Source: Vicugna vicugna (Eukaryota). Taken from it: a DNA stretch of 64,000 nt. Position 1 is the stretch's first letter, and every line of letters begins with the position of its first letter. The notes below the pieces were generated by a model. The model saw only the letters and a list, made by a program, of their open reading frames with translations, was not told where the DNA came from and ran no database searches. Location: positions 3,440,686 to 3,504,685 of the forward strand of contig MU058337.1 in NCBI GenBank assembly GCA_013265495.1. Direction: 5' to 3'. The position numbers and the translations under genes were made by a program. Positions 13,306 through 25,154 of this stretch are shown piece by piece.

Positions 13306-14984
13306 TCATAAATAAGATCTTGAAGAAGAAGAATATTGAAAAGCCATATCTATAGAAGAATTTATAAGTAAAATGTAATTCCATTACATTGTACATTTTG
13401 GAGAAAGAAAATGCTATGGAAAAAATAACAAAGGTCTGTGAATGATCACCAAAAAATAATTGAGTGGAAGAAACAGAAAAATATTCTTTTTCAGAAAAGT
13501 TTCTTTAAATAATCTTTCAGATGTATTTTTATTTAATAATAGTGGAAAATTATTATATAAAATGATAGAGAATAATCATGTATTTTGAGGTAATGGATTA
13601 CTTATGGCTTAATATATTTTAATTTGAAAATTTTACCCATCACACCTGAAATTCAAATTATGCCCATAAAAGCCTAACTTGCCTTAAAATTAAGATTTAA
13701 TAACTAAACATCCTTATGCAGAGTATGCATAGAATATTCACTATTTCAATGATTTTAAAGTGTAGATACTATATAACACTTACATTAATTAGATTTATGT
13801 GATTTTCACAAAATCCGTTAATTTTACATACCTAACACAAAATTATGGGACTTTTAGTAGCACTGATTGTTTTGAGAAATAACAGAGATATACAAACGTA
13901 GGTGTAAAATGATGAAATATTTAGACCTTGGGTACATGCAAAATATTTTTCCTAAAACACGAGTGAAAAATAAACAAACTTTTCTATGAAATTATTTTTT
14001 CTTGGCAAAATTGTTAATTCATAAATAAACATAGACATGAATGGAATAATGTTTTAAGAAGTGATCTCATATTTTACTATGTTTGTTTTATAAATTAAGT
14101 AACCTATCTCCTTTCACTAAAGTTTGTTGGCACCATAAGCTTTGGATAATATTGGTTTGCTCCAGAATGTTCCTAAAAACATAAGTTATGAATAAAGACA
14201 TGAGGTTATATGATCAGAATCTTACAAAATAAATGAGTTCTCACTTAAAAAAATTAATAAAAAGTCAAAGAAATAGATTTTCTGTAAGTGTTCTGTTAAT
14301 GAGTCTTGGTATTGCAAAATATTAGACTTTCCATATTTGATTTCCGTATCTTCCATGGAATTTTAAATGTATTTGTCAAATTTCTAATAATTGAATCATG
14401 TCCTTTCCCTGATTTGAGCACCTCTTCTACCTATGAGAGTTCCTCATTACTTCAAGAAAAAAACCTAAGCACCTCAAAATTACACTCTGTGCCCTTCACA
14501 GTCTGCTGTGTTCCATCCTTCCAAGCACATCTTTTGATGTCCTGACCAATGACTCTGACTTTCTGGCTGTAGCCCGTCTCTGAACATATGGTACTTTCAC
14601 ACCTCTGTTTCTGACTATGCTAGTTTGTTTCCTGGGATGTAATTTAAAGACAACATAAAATATATTTTCCCGAAGTCGCACTTCAGTCATAACTGAATAG
14701 TGATCTTGTCGCTTCCATAGCGCTAACTACAGGCTGCTCTTTTCTCACCCATCACAGTCCTCTCCAGGAATGTCTGTATACAGATGATTCTGCCTCAACG
14801 TATTAACATATTTCAAGACCAAGAAATGCCTTCCACTTTGCAATACATACTCGGCAACTGATTATAAGTGGATCAGATCCTAAGAGGGGAGAGCACACTC
14901 AATTTATTCAGCAGACCAAAGATCTAATTCTCAATTTTTTTGCTAATAAGTATGTTTCCTTATGACACAACTAAACAATGACAT

Positions 14985-15215
14985 TGGATGATACAAATCT
15001 CAGCACGTGTTCAAGCTGAAACTGGCTCCATCACTTACGATTGTATTACCTTGAGTATATTATTTAATCTTGCTTATGTCTAATTTCTTGCTTGAATAAT
15101 AGGGAGATGCAGGGATATTCTAAGTTAATTGGGTAGATTAACAATTAATTGATCTGCATGAGACCTGCATGAAGTACTTAGAAAAGAGTAGAACACAATA
15201 AAGATTAGTTCATGT
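14985..15215 (+). mobile_element. MIR SINE remnant
   Basis: GGCTCCATCACTTACGATTGTATTACCTTGAGTATATTATTTAATCT...TGAAGTACTTAGAA follows the MIR consensus. Confidence 0.65.
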
Positions 15216-15639
15216 ATTTTCACCCTTACATTTAATAAAATGCTTAACTCTTTTTTGATTCAGTTCATTTCATTTTGAAGGAGGATTCTGAAATGATTTA
15301 TAAATTTCTAAGTATCATTGATATTCTAATCCAATAATGATTTCATAGTGTTCAGTCCATTAGTCTGTATGTGTGACACTCCTCTTATAGCTCTCAAACT
15401 GCACCATGTAATGATACACAAACACATAAATTAATAATATTTTATGTGTGCCATAGCTTTTCAACTGCTGACTTGCTTTAAGCATGTAACTACTCTTGCC
15501 CTGCTTTTTTTGTAAGTAAATTTGGAGCAAAAGTTTCTCCCCTGCCTAATCTACAAACTTGCCGACGCATCAAATGACAACACATATGTGAACATTCTTA
15601 AAATAGAGTCAGGTGTGAAATAAGTGGGGAGTATTTTTA

Positions 15640-15815
15640 TATCTTACATTTATAGTTTGAACATTGTTTATATTATCTAGATATGCACAAAAGTCCTGAT
15701 AGGTGGCTACATATTTACAACATATCTCTTCCTAGCTGAGGAACCGGAGCCTTGCCCAAGGGGTCCTAGCCAACAAGGGGAAGAATTCTGATTCAAACTC
15801 GATTTTCTCCCTCTT
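15640..15815 (-). mobile_element. MIR fragment
   Basis: GCTGAGGAACCGGAGCCTTGCCCAAGGGGTC...GATTCAAACTC resembles the reverse complement of the MIR core and head. Confidence 0.5.
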
Positions 15816-16135
15816 TATTCAGTTCCCTTTTCCCTGTACCAGAATGTTTTCAATAATTATTCTTACTATAAGTATGTAGGAAATAAAGCAGCATAACAGC
15901 AGAGTCTTCCAATCCATGAAAAATTAGCTACAACCAAGAGGATTTTACCAATTCAGACATCAGCAGATAAATTATTCATAATAAAATAATATATAGGTAA
16001 ATTTACATATCAACTTTTTTTATGTAGAATTACTTTATCATTGCTACCTAAATTTATTTTGCATGGATGCCTGCTAAGCCAATGTAGGTTAAAAGTCACA
16101 TGATAATTTCATCCTTAGAGCAATCTTCCTCCTCT

Positions 16136-16920
16136 GAGGATGTGGAGAAAAGGGAACCTTCCTACACTGTTGGTGGCACTGTAAATTGATGCAGCCATTA
16201 TGGAGAGCTGTATGGGGGTTCCTTAAAATCTAAAAATAGAGTTACCATATGATCCAGCAATCCCCCACTCCTGGGCTTATATCCAGAGAAAACTCTAATT
16301 TGAAAAGTTACATGAACCTCAGTGTTCACAGCAGCACTATTTACAACAGTCAAGACATGGAGGTGACCTAAGTGTCCACTGACAGATGACTGTGCTCTCT
16401 CTCTCTCTCTCTGGAATACTACTCAGCCATAAAAATGAATGAAATAATGCTATTTTCAGCAATAGGGAAGGACCTGGAGATCGTCATTGTAAGTGAAGTA
16501 AGACAGAGAAAGATAAATATTATATAATATCACTTATATGTTAAATCTAAGAAATAATATAAATGAACTTATTTACAAAACAGAAACAGACTCATAGACA
16601 TAGAAAGCAATCTTATAGTTACCAAAGGGGAAGGGGGAGAGAGATAAATTGGGAGTTTGGGATTAACTGATACACACTACTATACATAAAATAGATAAAC
16701 AATGACTTACTGTACAGCATACTCAATATGTTGTAATAGCCTATAAAGGAAAGGGTCTGAAAAATAATATATATTTAATATATATAGAGAGATAATATAT
16801 ATTTTATATATATTTATAAATATAAATAATATATTATATATATATAAAACTGAACCACTTTGCTGTACACCTGAAACTAACACATTATAAATCAACTCTA
16901 CTTCAATAAAAAGATTAAAA
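16136..16920 (+). mobile_element. 5'-truncated L1 (artiodactyl/L1MA9-like): ORF2 C-terminus plus 3' UTR
   Basis: GAGGATGTGGAGAAAAGGGAACC...TACCATATGATCCAGCAATCCC...GGAATACTACTCAGCCATAAAAA...CTACTTCAATAAAAA. Contains (CT)n at ~16395-16412 and a (TA)-rich expansion at ~16765-16848. Confidence 0.93.
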
Positions 16921-17395
16921 TGATTTCCCTCCTCCGACTCTGTAGGTTCATATAACACATCCCTAACTAGAGCATCACATACTGTTACTGTCAAAAAAGG
17001 TAATTTTGAAAGTAAAAAAGAGCTCTACATATAATTACTTCAAGACATAAGGTCAGTCCATGCCTAAGCAATCACTCTCTTTATTTTGCTTTACGATAAC
17101 TTTTAATAAAAAAATGGGAGAATAAGTTAGGGAAAAGGTTGAAATACTGAGATTAACTGAGAAAATCAAAAAGCAGAATCTGAATGTAGGTCTTGAACCT
17201 AATGATGTTATTAATGAACCTTTGACACCTGATTAGAATAAAGAAAAAATACTTTAAAGTGCTTGTTCACTTGTGAATTCAAGCCACTCGCTCTTTCACT
17301 TAATCAAAAATAATATTTTACCATCAGGAATCTTCTTTCAAAGGGTGCAGGTTTCCAAGTAGATGATAAATACACTCAGGAGAGCTAATGTAGTA

Positions 17396-17626
17396 AATAC
17401 AGTTAACAATACTGTATTGTATATTTGAAGTTGCTAAGAAAGTAGATTTTAAATATTCTCACCACAAGAAAAGAAATGGAGCTATGTAACTTGATGGAGG
17501 TGTGAGCTAGCTGTGCAGTGATAATCACATTGCAATACAAGTGTATCAAATCGATACGCTGCAGGCTGGAAACTTACACAATGCTATATGTCAACTGTAT
17601 TGATATAAAGCTGCAAGAAAAAAGAG
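17396..17626 (+). mobile_element. L1MA9/L1MA10-like 3' end
   Basis: ACAGTTAACAATACTGTATTGTATATTTGAAGTTGCTAAGAAAGTAGATTTTAAATATTCTCACCAC...AAACTTACACAATG...ATAAAGCTG. Confidence 0.85.
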
Positions 17627-17714
17627 AACCTTTTTTTTTTTTACTTTTTCATCAGCAACTACTCCTTTTATTTACATTCCCTTCGACCAAAATTCCTTAT
17701 GTGAATCATCAGTT

Positions 17715-18095
17715 CTCACTATCTTTTCACCTCTCTTTGCCATTATTTCTTAAACTCATTCTAGTCGGTCTTTTCTCCTTGCTCCTCCATTGAAACTGCT
17801 CCTGTCAAAGTCATCCCTGACTTCAGCATTGCCAAATCCAATAGTCAATTCTCAATTTTCATCTTTCATGACATGGCAGCAGCATTTGATGAAGTTGCCT
17901 CTCTCTTCTTGAAATTTTATTGTTTGTTTCTAGGTCACATTCTATGGTTCGCTTCCTATAGTAACATCGCTCATCCTTCCCAGATTGATTTGCTGGATCT
18001 CATTCCCAATTCCCCAGCGTTGACCTTAGAGTGCACGGATGCCTCAGTTTTCAGGACTCTTATCTTTCCAACTTACTCCATAAAGCATTCTGTCC
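17715..18095 (+). mobile_element. L2 LINE reverse-transcriptase remnant
   Basis: Translates SIETAPVKVIPDFSIAKSNSQFSIFIFHDMAAAFDEVASLFLK, matching the L2 RT motif [41 protein letters not shown]. Confidence 0.88.
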
Positions 18096-18299
18096 CAGTT
18101 AGTTAATAATACTTCTGGCCTCTCTTTGATATTTATGATCAATTTCAGTTAGCATTTGTGAATGTCCTTCCATTCTTAGCTGTGGAATACTAAGAACAAT
18201 GCTTTCTAGTAAGCCTTGAAGTTCGTAAGTTAAATTTCTTTGAATTTCAAAGGCATTTGCAGAGATAAAAATCCCACTAGTAGAAGTATAGTGTTGAAT

Positions 18300-18365
18300 T
18301 TTATTCATTAATTCAATAAATATTTAATGAGCACTTACCACGTGCCAGATATAGTTTTCTAAGAC
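18300..18365 (-). mobile_element. L2 3' terminus
   Basis: TTCATTAATTCAATAAATATTTAATGAGCACTTACCACGTGCCAG is the reverse complement of the L2 tail. Confidence 0.7.
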
Positions 18366-19684
18366 TAAGCTATTTCACTAAGCATGTTATAGATATAATA
18401 CATGTTCAATTGGAATAGGTCAGAAATGTTCACCTTTGATGCTGTAAAATATCTTTCAATAGCTTGTGCTCTTGTCATTTTTCAAGAAGCATTGTCTTCT
18501 TTTCTCCAAAGAAAAGATCACAGATGCTCTATAAACTTTTAACCTTATGTGTTGTAAAAATTTGAAGACAAACAATAATACTGAAGCCACGTATGCCATC
18601 ATTATTGATTTTAGTTCTAAAATATGCAAAGGACTTTGGATATTCTATTGATTTAATGCCTGGCTTTGTTTTACTTTTAAAATTACAATTGATTTTTAGG
18701 TCTTTGGTTTGTTTTGGGCCAAAGTGTTAAAATGTGCGTTCTGTAAGGAGGAAGAGATGCACAAACAAAGAGGAGAATGTTTTTGAAGGTCAACCTCTTC
18801 TGCAGTAATTCCAGAAAAATACTTTGCCATTCGGAAAATCATCAAGAGGATTCTAGAGCTGGAAATTGTGTTATTAAGCATATAGCATTCATCTGTTAAG
18901 TTGGGAGAGTCTTCACATCAGGAACTACATGTTTACTATAACCATTGTTTATGTTTTTATGATTGTATGTACTTATTATTTTTGGTAGATGCTGGAGCAG
19001 CAAGTGTCAGAATCACTCCAAGAATTTAAAATACATTGGCCAAGTCAACATTCTTTAGAATATTACTTCCCTGGAAGCCAGGCGAGAAGGAGCTCTTTCT
19101 TTCCCGGGACTGCAGATGAGAAGCCATTTCTTCCATGCTCAACCTGCAGTCAGCAGCTTTCAGACAGTCCTGTGACAATCACTGAGGTTTCCAGGTCTGT
19201 AGCTGGCCCAAAAACATCAATGTGATCACAGGTCTTATCCTTAGTCATGTATCAGGATTCTCTGAATTCCTGGAAGAATATTGTTTAAAGGACACAATCG
19301 AGGGGAAAATTAGTGGCATATTCAGTGACAATTTGACATACTCTCAAAAATCACTATAAAACATTCTTTGGATACAGATAGTTTAATGATTTATATTTTA
19401 TGCTTTCAGAGAAATGTTCAAAAAGTAAAAATGATTATACTGAGAACTGTATGCACAAAGTAGTTACAAGGGAATCTCAGCAGTCAGTGTAATCTGGCAG
19501 TTGAGGAAGATTATGCATTCAACATGCACTTGCTCAATTTTGGCAACTCTGTTTCCCATAAGGATTCATTCTCAGGGACAAGAACCTCAGGTTACAGACC
19601 CCGTGCGCAGAGACCCAAGGAAGTCATATCGTTACAATAAACCCCGAAGAAAGCAGGGAGCCGTGAAGAACCCTAAGTCACACA

Positions 19685-20125
19685 ATGTATAGAGTGGATC
19701 TACAGCACAGTATTCACAGAAACATGAATATGAGTTTGTGATAAATTTCATAAGCTCTTTATCACAGAACCCATTACAGGAATAAGCTGGGGAATGAATT
19801 CTATTAGTAAATCTCGCCTTTGTAATATAACAGCTAATAAATTAACAAAAAAAATGTACCCTGCAATCAAAGGCAAATTGATTTTTAACATTGAGTATGT
19901 GTGCCTATATGTCTCACGTGCACCCTTTCTGAGTGGTAGTGACAATAATAACTTCTTTCACAAGTATCTTTAGTGGAAGTATGCAACATAATGTCAACAT
20001 TAAGAAATTGGCTCTTGATTACTTAAAAACTCAAACAGAAAATGCTCTTCTGAGTATACTTTTGTGTGTTTTTAAATTAAATTAGTTTAATGGAATCTTG
20101 AATATCTTGGAACAATAGTGTTTGT
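19685..20125 (+). repeat. Local duplication, copy A (paralogous to 21370-21755)
   Basis: Colinear blocks are shared with copy B: GGAATAAGC, TATTAGTAAATCT, GTGGTAGTGA, TTTCACAA.TATCTT.AGTGG, TGGCTCTTGAT, AATAGTGTTT. Confidence 0.9.
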
Positions 20126-20327
20126 ATCTAAAATTGTAATTATATGTGACAATGTACTTGAAGTGTAATATAAAGGAGAATTTCAGAATTATGTTCTCAG
20201 GAGAAAAACTTTCTAGTAAAAATTCATGAGCATTTCTAGATCCATAAAAAACAAGAGATAAGGGAGAGAGAGAATTAACATTTTGGAGCTACTTATTATT
20301 AAACTGCAGAATGTAACTGGCTAAAGG

Positions 20328-20350
20328 GTGTGTGTGTTTGTGTGTGTGTA
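20328..20350. repeat. (TG)n microsatellite
   Basis: GTGTGTGTGTTTGTGTGTGTGT, seen directly. Confidence 0.9.
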
Positions 20351-21290
20351 TGGTAAAATATATATAGCTATAATTTTTCTGTTAACAAGAAGCATTATTC
20401 TCTGACAATGTGTAAGAGAGCATGGTTAGGTGCCTTTGAAAAACAACAGAGATTTACTTCATCTTATTTCATTGCATTTTTTTTATGCAGTGGACATTTC
20501 ATTGTTTTAACTCCAGCAGAAAATAAGGTTCACATTATCTAATGAACAAGCTCCAGACAGGTGTCTCTCCATCAGAGAGAGAAGGGAGGTAGGGACTTCT
20601 AGGAGATAGTTCAGAATACAGCCAGATATTTATTGATTAATAAGTAGTTGGTACATCATAATTATCATGAAATAAGCAACATATATTTTGTTCTTTGATT
20701 AAGAATAAAAAATACTGAAAATGTTTAATCTCTATGGAGATCTATTTAAACAGAAATGTGTAAATATTAATCTTAATTGTCATTTTGTTGTAATTGCTGA
20801 ACTTAAATAATATAATTTCATCTATATATACAAAAGGATATTATTTATTTCTTGTTAATATGAGAAGATAGGAGTGGACGATCACTAAGCACCCTTGGAG
20901 CTATTGCATTGCAGTCACTGATTTAAGTTACAGACTAACAGGTTCAGGCATGAAGGTGCTGTGTTTTAAAGCAATCTTGTTCTCTTTATTCTCAAAATGA
21001 AGTTGTTCTTTCCTTTTGAGTTTACTCAACGCTGTCACTGGATTTATTTGTTGAAGTAAGAATCATTAAAAGCCTAAAAATGTTAAATTTAAAATACTTT
21101 TAGATAATCTTCTAGTCCAGTAAATAACAACAATCTATTAATCATTAGCAGACAAATAAGGTTTGTAACAAAAGGCACTCTTTCAAACATGAACGAGAGC
21201 AAGCCAGGTCTCACCAGTGGGGCAACTTCCCACCCTGGGTGCAGATAAAGCTATAAATCAGCAAGCAGACATTGACCACAATGACTATTT

Positions 21291-21334
21291 TATGTATGTG
21301 TGTGTATATATACACACACACACACACACACATA
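21291..21334. repeat. Compound (TG)n(TA)n(CA)n microsatellite
   Basis: TATGTATGTGTGTGTATATATACACACACACACACACACACATA, seen directly. Confidence 0.9.
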
Positions 21335-21369
21335 TTTATATAACTGTGTTTTATGTATATACATGCATA

Positions 21370-21755
21370 TAGTGTATAATGTGGTTATACAGAAAAAATA
21401 TTTACAGAAACTTTAACGTGAGTTTATAAGTTACATAACCCTTAAAGGAATAAGCCTAGAAATCAATTATATTAGTAAATCTACCCTTTGTAATAGCAGT
21501 TAATAAAACAACAAAAATGTGTCACACAAAGTCAAGTTGATTGTTTTATGTCTATATTTTTTAAATGTACTCTTTCCAGGTGGTAGTGAGGATAACTTTT
21601 TTCACAAATATCTTAAGTGGGAATATGCAATATAGTTTCAACAATAGGAAAATGGCTCTTGATCCATTTAAAATCTCTGCAGTACTCTGGAGAACCCCAT
21701 CGTTTGGCTGAGCTTTAATAAAGTCATGCCATCAAGTTTGAATAATAGTGTTTTT
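21370..21755 (+). repeat. Local duplication, copy B (paralogous to 19685-20125)
   Basis: See copy A; the offset is ~1.65-1.7 kb. Confidence 0.9.
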
Positions 21756-22999
21756 TAAAAGTCCCCCTGAGATACTTTTCAAGATTAATGATCACCAGAT
21801 ATTATGGTATATAAAATCATTAATGGTCATTATAAACTTGATGATGCAATAAGTAATCTTCCAAGCCTATGAGCCTACGAAAAAAGCATGTTATCTCACT
21901 GGAGGTGATGGAGAATAATACAAAACAACTTGAATAGAAAACATTCTGTAAAATACAGAATTTTATACAAACAACTGTTTGTATTATTTCTTCCTTGCTT
22001 GTGTTATTTCTTCCTTAGGTATCTTGGATCGGGTCATGAAGAGGACATCACGGGGACACACGTGACAAAGAACATAGTGGCCTGAGATGTCCTCCTTTTC
22101 AATGTCCAGGAGGGTAACCGGTTTGAGAATAGGTTTTTCCTTTATGCAATAATCAAGACTGCCTTTTCGTATGGGATATCACTAGTTGGAAATTGCAGTC
22201 GTGATTTGGGTATGCCTGGACAATCCAAGATGATGGCTGACATCGGATTTAGCCTGAAGTAGTCAGAGGGCTTTTGAACACTTTACTAGCTGTTAGAAAC
22301 AGTGGAATGTTGACAACAAGCCATAATTTTATAGCTTAAAACAGAGCATGCAACTGTCAGGTCCAGTGGGACTCTTTGTGGAGTGTGGAGCATCTGGGTG
22401 TAGCCTGAACACGCAGCTGTAGTGTGCTCATTCCATTCTGGGGGCTGCCGATCAGGGCGGACACAGACAGACCGAAGATGGGAGAGGTGCTTTCAGATCC
22501 AGTATCCAAAAGGCCAAAGAGGGATAATTGCATTTTTGGATTCTATACACACAAAAACCTTAATAGCTAAACAGAACCTTAACACTTAATTTGGCACTGG
22601 GGGTAAGTATCAGAGTATTTGTTATCAAAATTTGCCCTTGAGGAGGTAGTATTTAGTTGGGTGCTAAATAGATGTTGCCTTCAATTATTTAAATGCCCCT
22701 GTGTCGGTAGGTCTGCTATATTCGACAGTAGTAAATTCTGAAATTGCACAAAATTTAAAAGCTAACTTTTCATCCGTTTATAACATCTAAATTCAGCGGG
22801 GTAAGGTCTCGGGTCAGACAAAACATAGCCTTGCCAAGACATTTTTTAAGGGTCTTATATTTACAAAATCTTTAACAAAATCCTTACCAACATCCTCAGA
22901 AAGCGAAATCATAGCGTTTTCTAACTTGCCAGTTAGGAGACGGCAATACCCAACCCATCCATTCAGGAAACTAAGTTACTGAGGGTCAGTTAGCTTAGG

Positions 23000-23392
23000 T
23001 GGTAGTTTGTGAGAGCCGCCGTAACAAAATACCACAGCCGGGGTGGCTTAAACGACAGAAATGTATTTCCTCAACTCTTCTCCAGGCTGACGGTGTCAGC
23101 AGGTTTGTTTTTTCCTGAGGACTCTCTCCTTGACTTGCAGGTGCCACCTTCTCACTGTGTCCTCACATAGTCTTTTCTCTGTGGGTGCGTCCCTGGTACC
23201 TCCCTGTGTATCCTAATATCCTTTTCCAATAAGGACACCAGTCAGGTTGGACCAGGACCCAACCCAACTGCCTCGTTTTAAGTTAATTATCTTTCTTTTA
23301 AAGATCCTCTCTCCAAATGTAATCAAATTCTGAGGTAGTGGGGTTAGCACTTCAACTTATGGATCTGGGGGAACACAGTTCAGTCCGTGACA
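23000..23392 (-). mobile_element. MLT1B-like MaLR solo LTR
   Basis: CGTAACAAAATACCACAG...TGGCTTAAACGACAGAAAT...TAAGGACACCAGTCA...ACACAGTTCAGTCCGTGACA is the reverse complement of the MLT1B consensus, full length ~390 bp. Confidence 0.9.
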
Positions 23393-23976
23393 GTTTGTAG
23401 AAAGGAACGGCCAAGCCTATGAGAGAAGTAAGTCAGAGACTGTCAAAAGGCTATTGGTGTCTCTTAGAATAAACACTTTTTTTTGCTCATGCCTGGATTA
23501 AACATCAACCCATCCAAGAAATAGCTTCTCTTGGAAAATGAAGTTTGGAAATTGTGAAAAATACCATCTTGCAAAAATAAAAATTGTCATGTCCTTATTG
23601 ACTCAACCAAATGGAACTATCTCACCGTCTGGCACAACAAACTTTACTTTAGATAGAAATAAGAACCACATTGTGTATTTAAAGTTTTGGGGAAAAAAAT
23701 GTCATCATCATACTGTTCTGTCATCATATCCAGATCCAATGAAAACCCTCAGACCCATATAAAGATGAGTATATTCCTTCTGTAATCTTACTTGTGAAAG
23801 GGAGTCTCCAGCTTGTTCAATGCAGTCACTTTCCTTGAGTCTGGCAATATCCCTGATAAATTATGCAGTTCCATATGGTCTGGAAATAGCTTCTATTACT
23901 TTCCTTATCTTTCCAAAAGGAGGCCTAGTTGGAAAGTGATAAATAATGGACATTATGAGCAATTTAATTTGTTCTT

Positions 23977-24029
23977 GTGTGTGTGTGTGTGTGTGTGTGT
24001 ATACATATATAAGTTATATATATATATAT
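23977..24029. repeat. (TG)12 plus (TA)n microsatellite
   Basis: Seen directly. Confidence 0.92.
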
Positions 24030-25154
24030 GTTTTATTTGGTTTCTTTTTTCCTATTATTTCATCAGACACTGTAAGTCAAAAGTTATTCACCTATTTCTA
24101 AACACTAACTCATAGTTCTTTGTAAAAGCAAATGAACCTAATGCCTTGCCAAGAATACAAAAACTGTAATTTAAGTAAATGCTAGCTTCCAGAATGGGTT
24201 TTGGATAAATAGGTCATTTATTACAAAATACATAAATAAACGTTAACCTCCTAATGCCAGTATGCCTTTTGATTGAGAAGGCTGTTTTCTAAAATCAAAT
24301 GGAGAAGTTGGTTTAGTTAGGCTTATCCCTACAGCCCCCACCACACGTTTATTAAATACATACTTGAGAGAGTCTGCGTATTGCTCGGAGTTGTGATCTG
24401 CACAGACGGCCGGCCCAGCCGTGAGTCTCATTACCGGGATCCCGCTAATATCTGAAATAGACTAGAGTCACTAACTGTGATCACTTACACAGCCTTTGAG
24501 AATTCTCATCAGTAATTCTGTTTCAGTCTTGACTTGTCTCAATTCTAACCCTAATCAGCAGCATCTTCAGGGTCAGTCCTCCTGCCATGTGTGCACAAAC
24601 AGTCCTTACTGAGATAAAAATCAGGTAAGCCATCTCTGCTTGGACTTACATACATTTCTTTTTTATTATTCCTTTATTTATTTTCATTTGTTTATAATAT
24701 TTTCTACTTTTAAAAATCTTTTCCATTTAAAATTGAGAATAGAAATGTGAATTTAAGAAAACAGTGACAGATACAATCTGTTCCCTACTAAAGCCAAAAT
24801 GCTCCCTCCATTTCCAAAAAGAGATCTTAATGAATTCGGAGAACCCAAGTCTTACTTAACATAAAAATTTTCTTTCTCCTTCAAAATGAATGCCTTGAAA
24901 CAAACTCAACCCAGTGGCAATTTGACAACATGGCTTTAAAACCACAAAACTGCATGTCAGCGAACCAAAAGCCAGATTTCCTCTGGAAGGCATGACGATA
25001 CCTGGCTTAGTACATTGCAAGGAAAGGGTGAGTAAGATGCAGATCAACAAATTTTTTTTGAGCAATTAAACATAATGTGGGGGAGGGGTGACTGTTGTCT
25101 TGTGCACTATCCAGAGCAGCATTTTTCATATATCACACTCCATTCTTGTACTTA

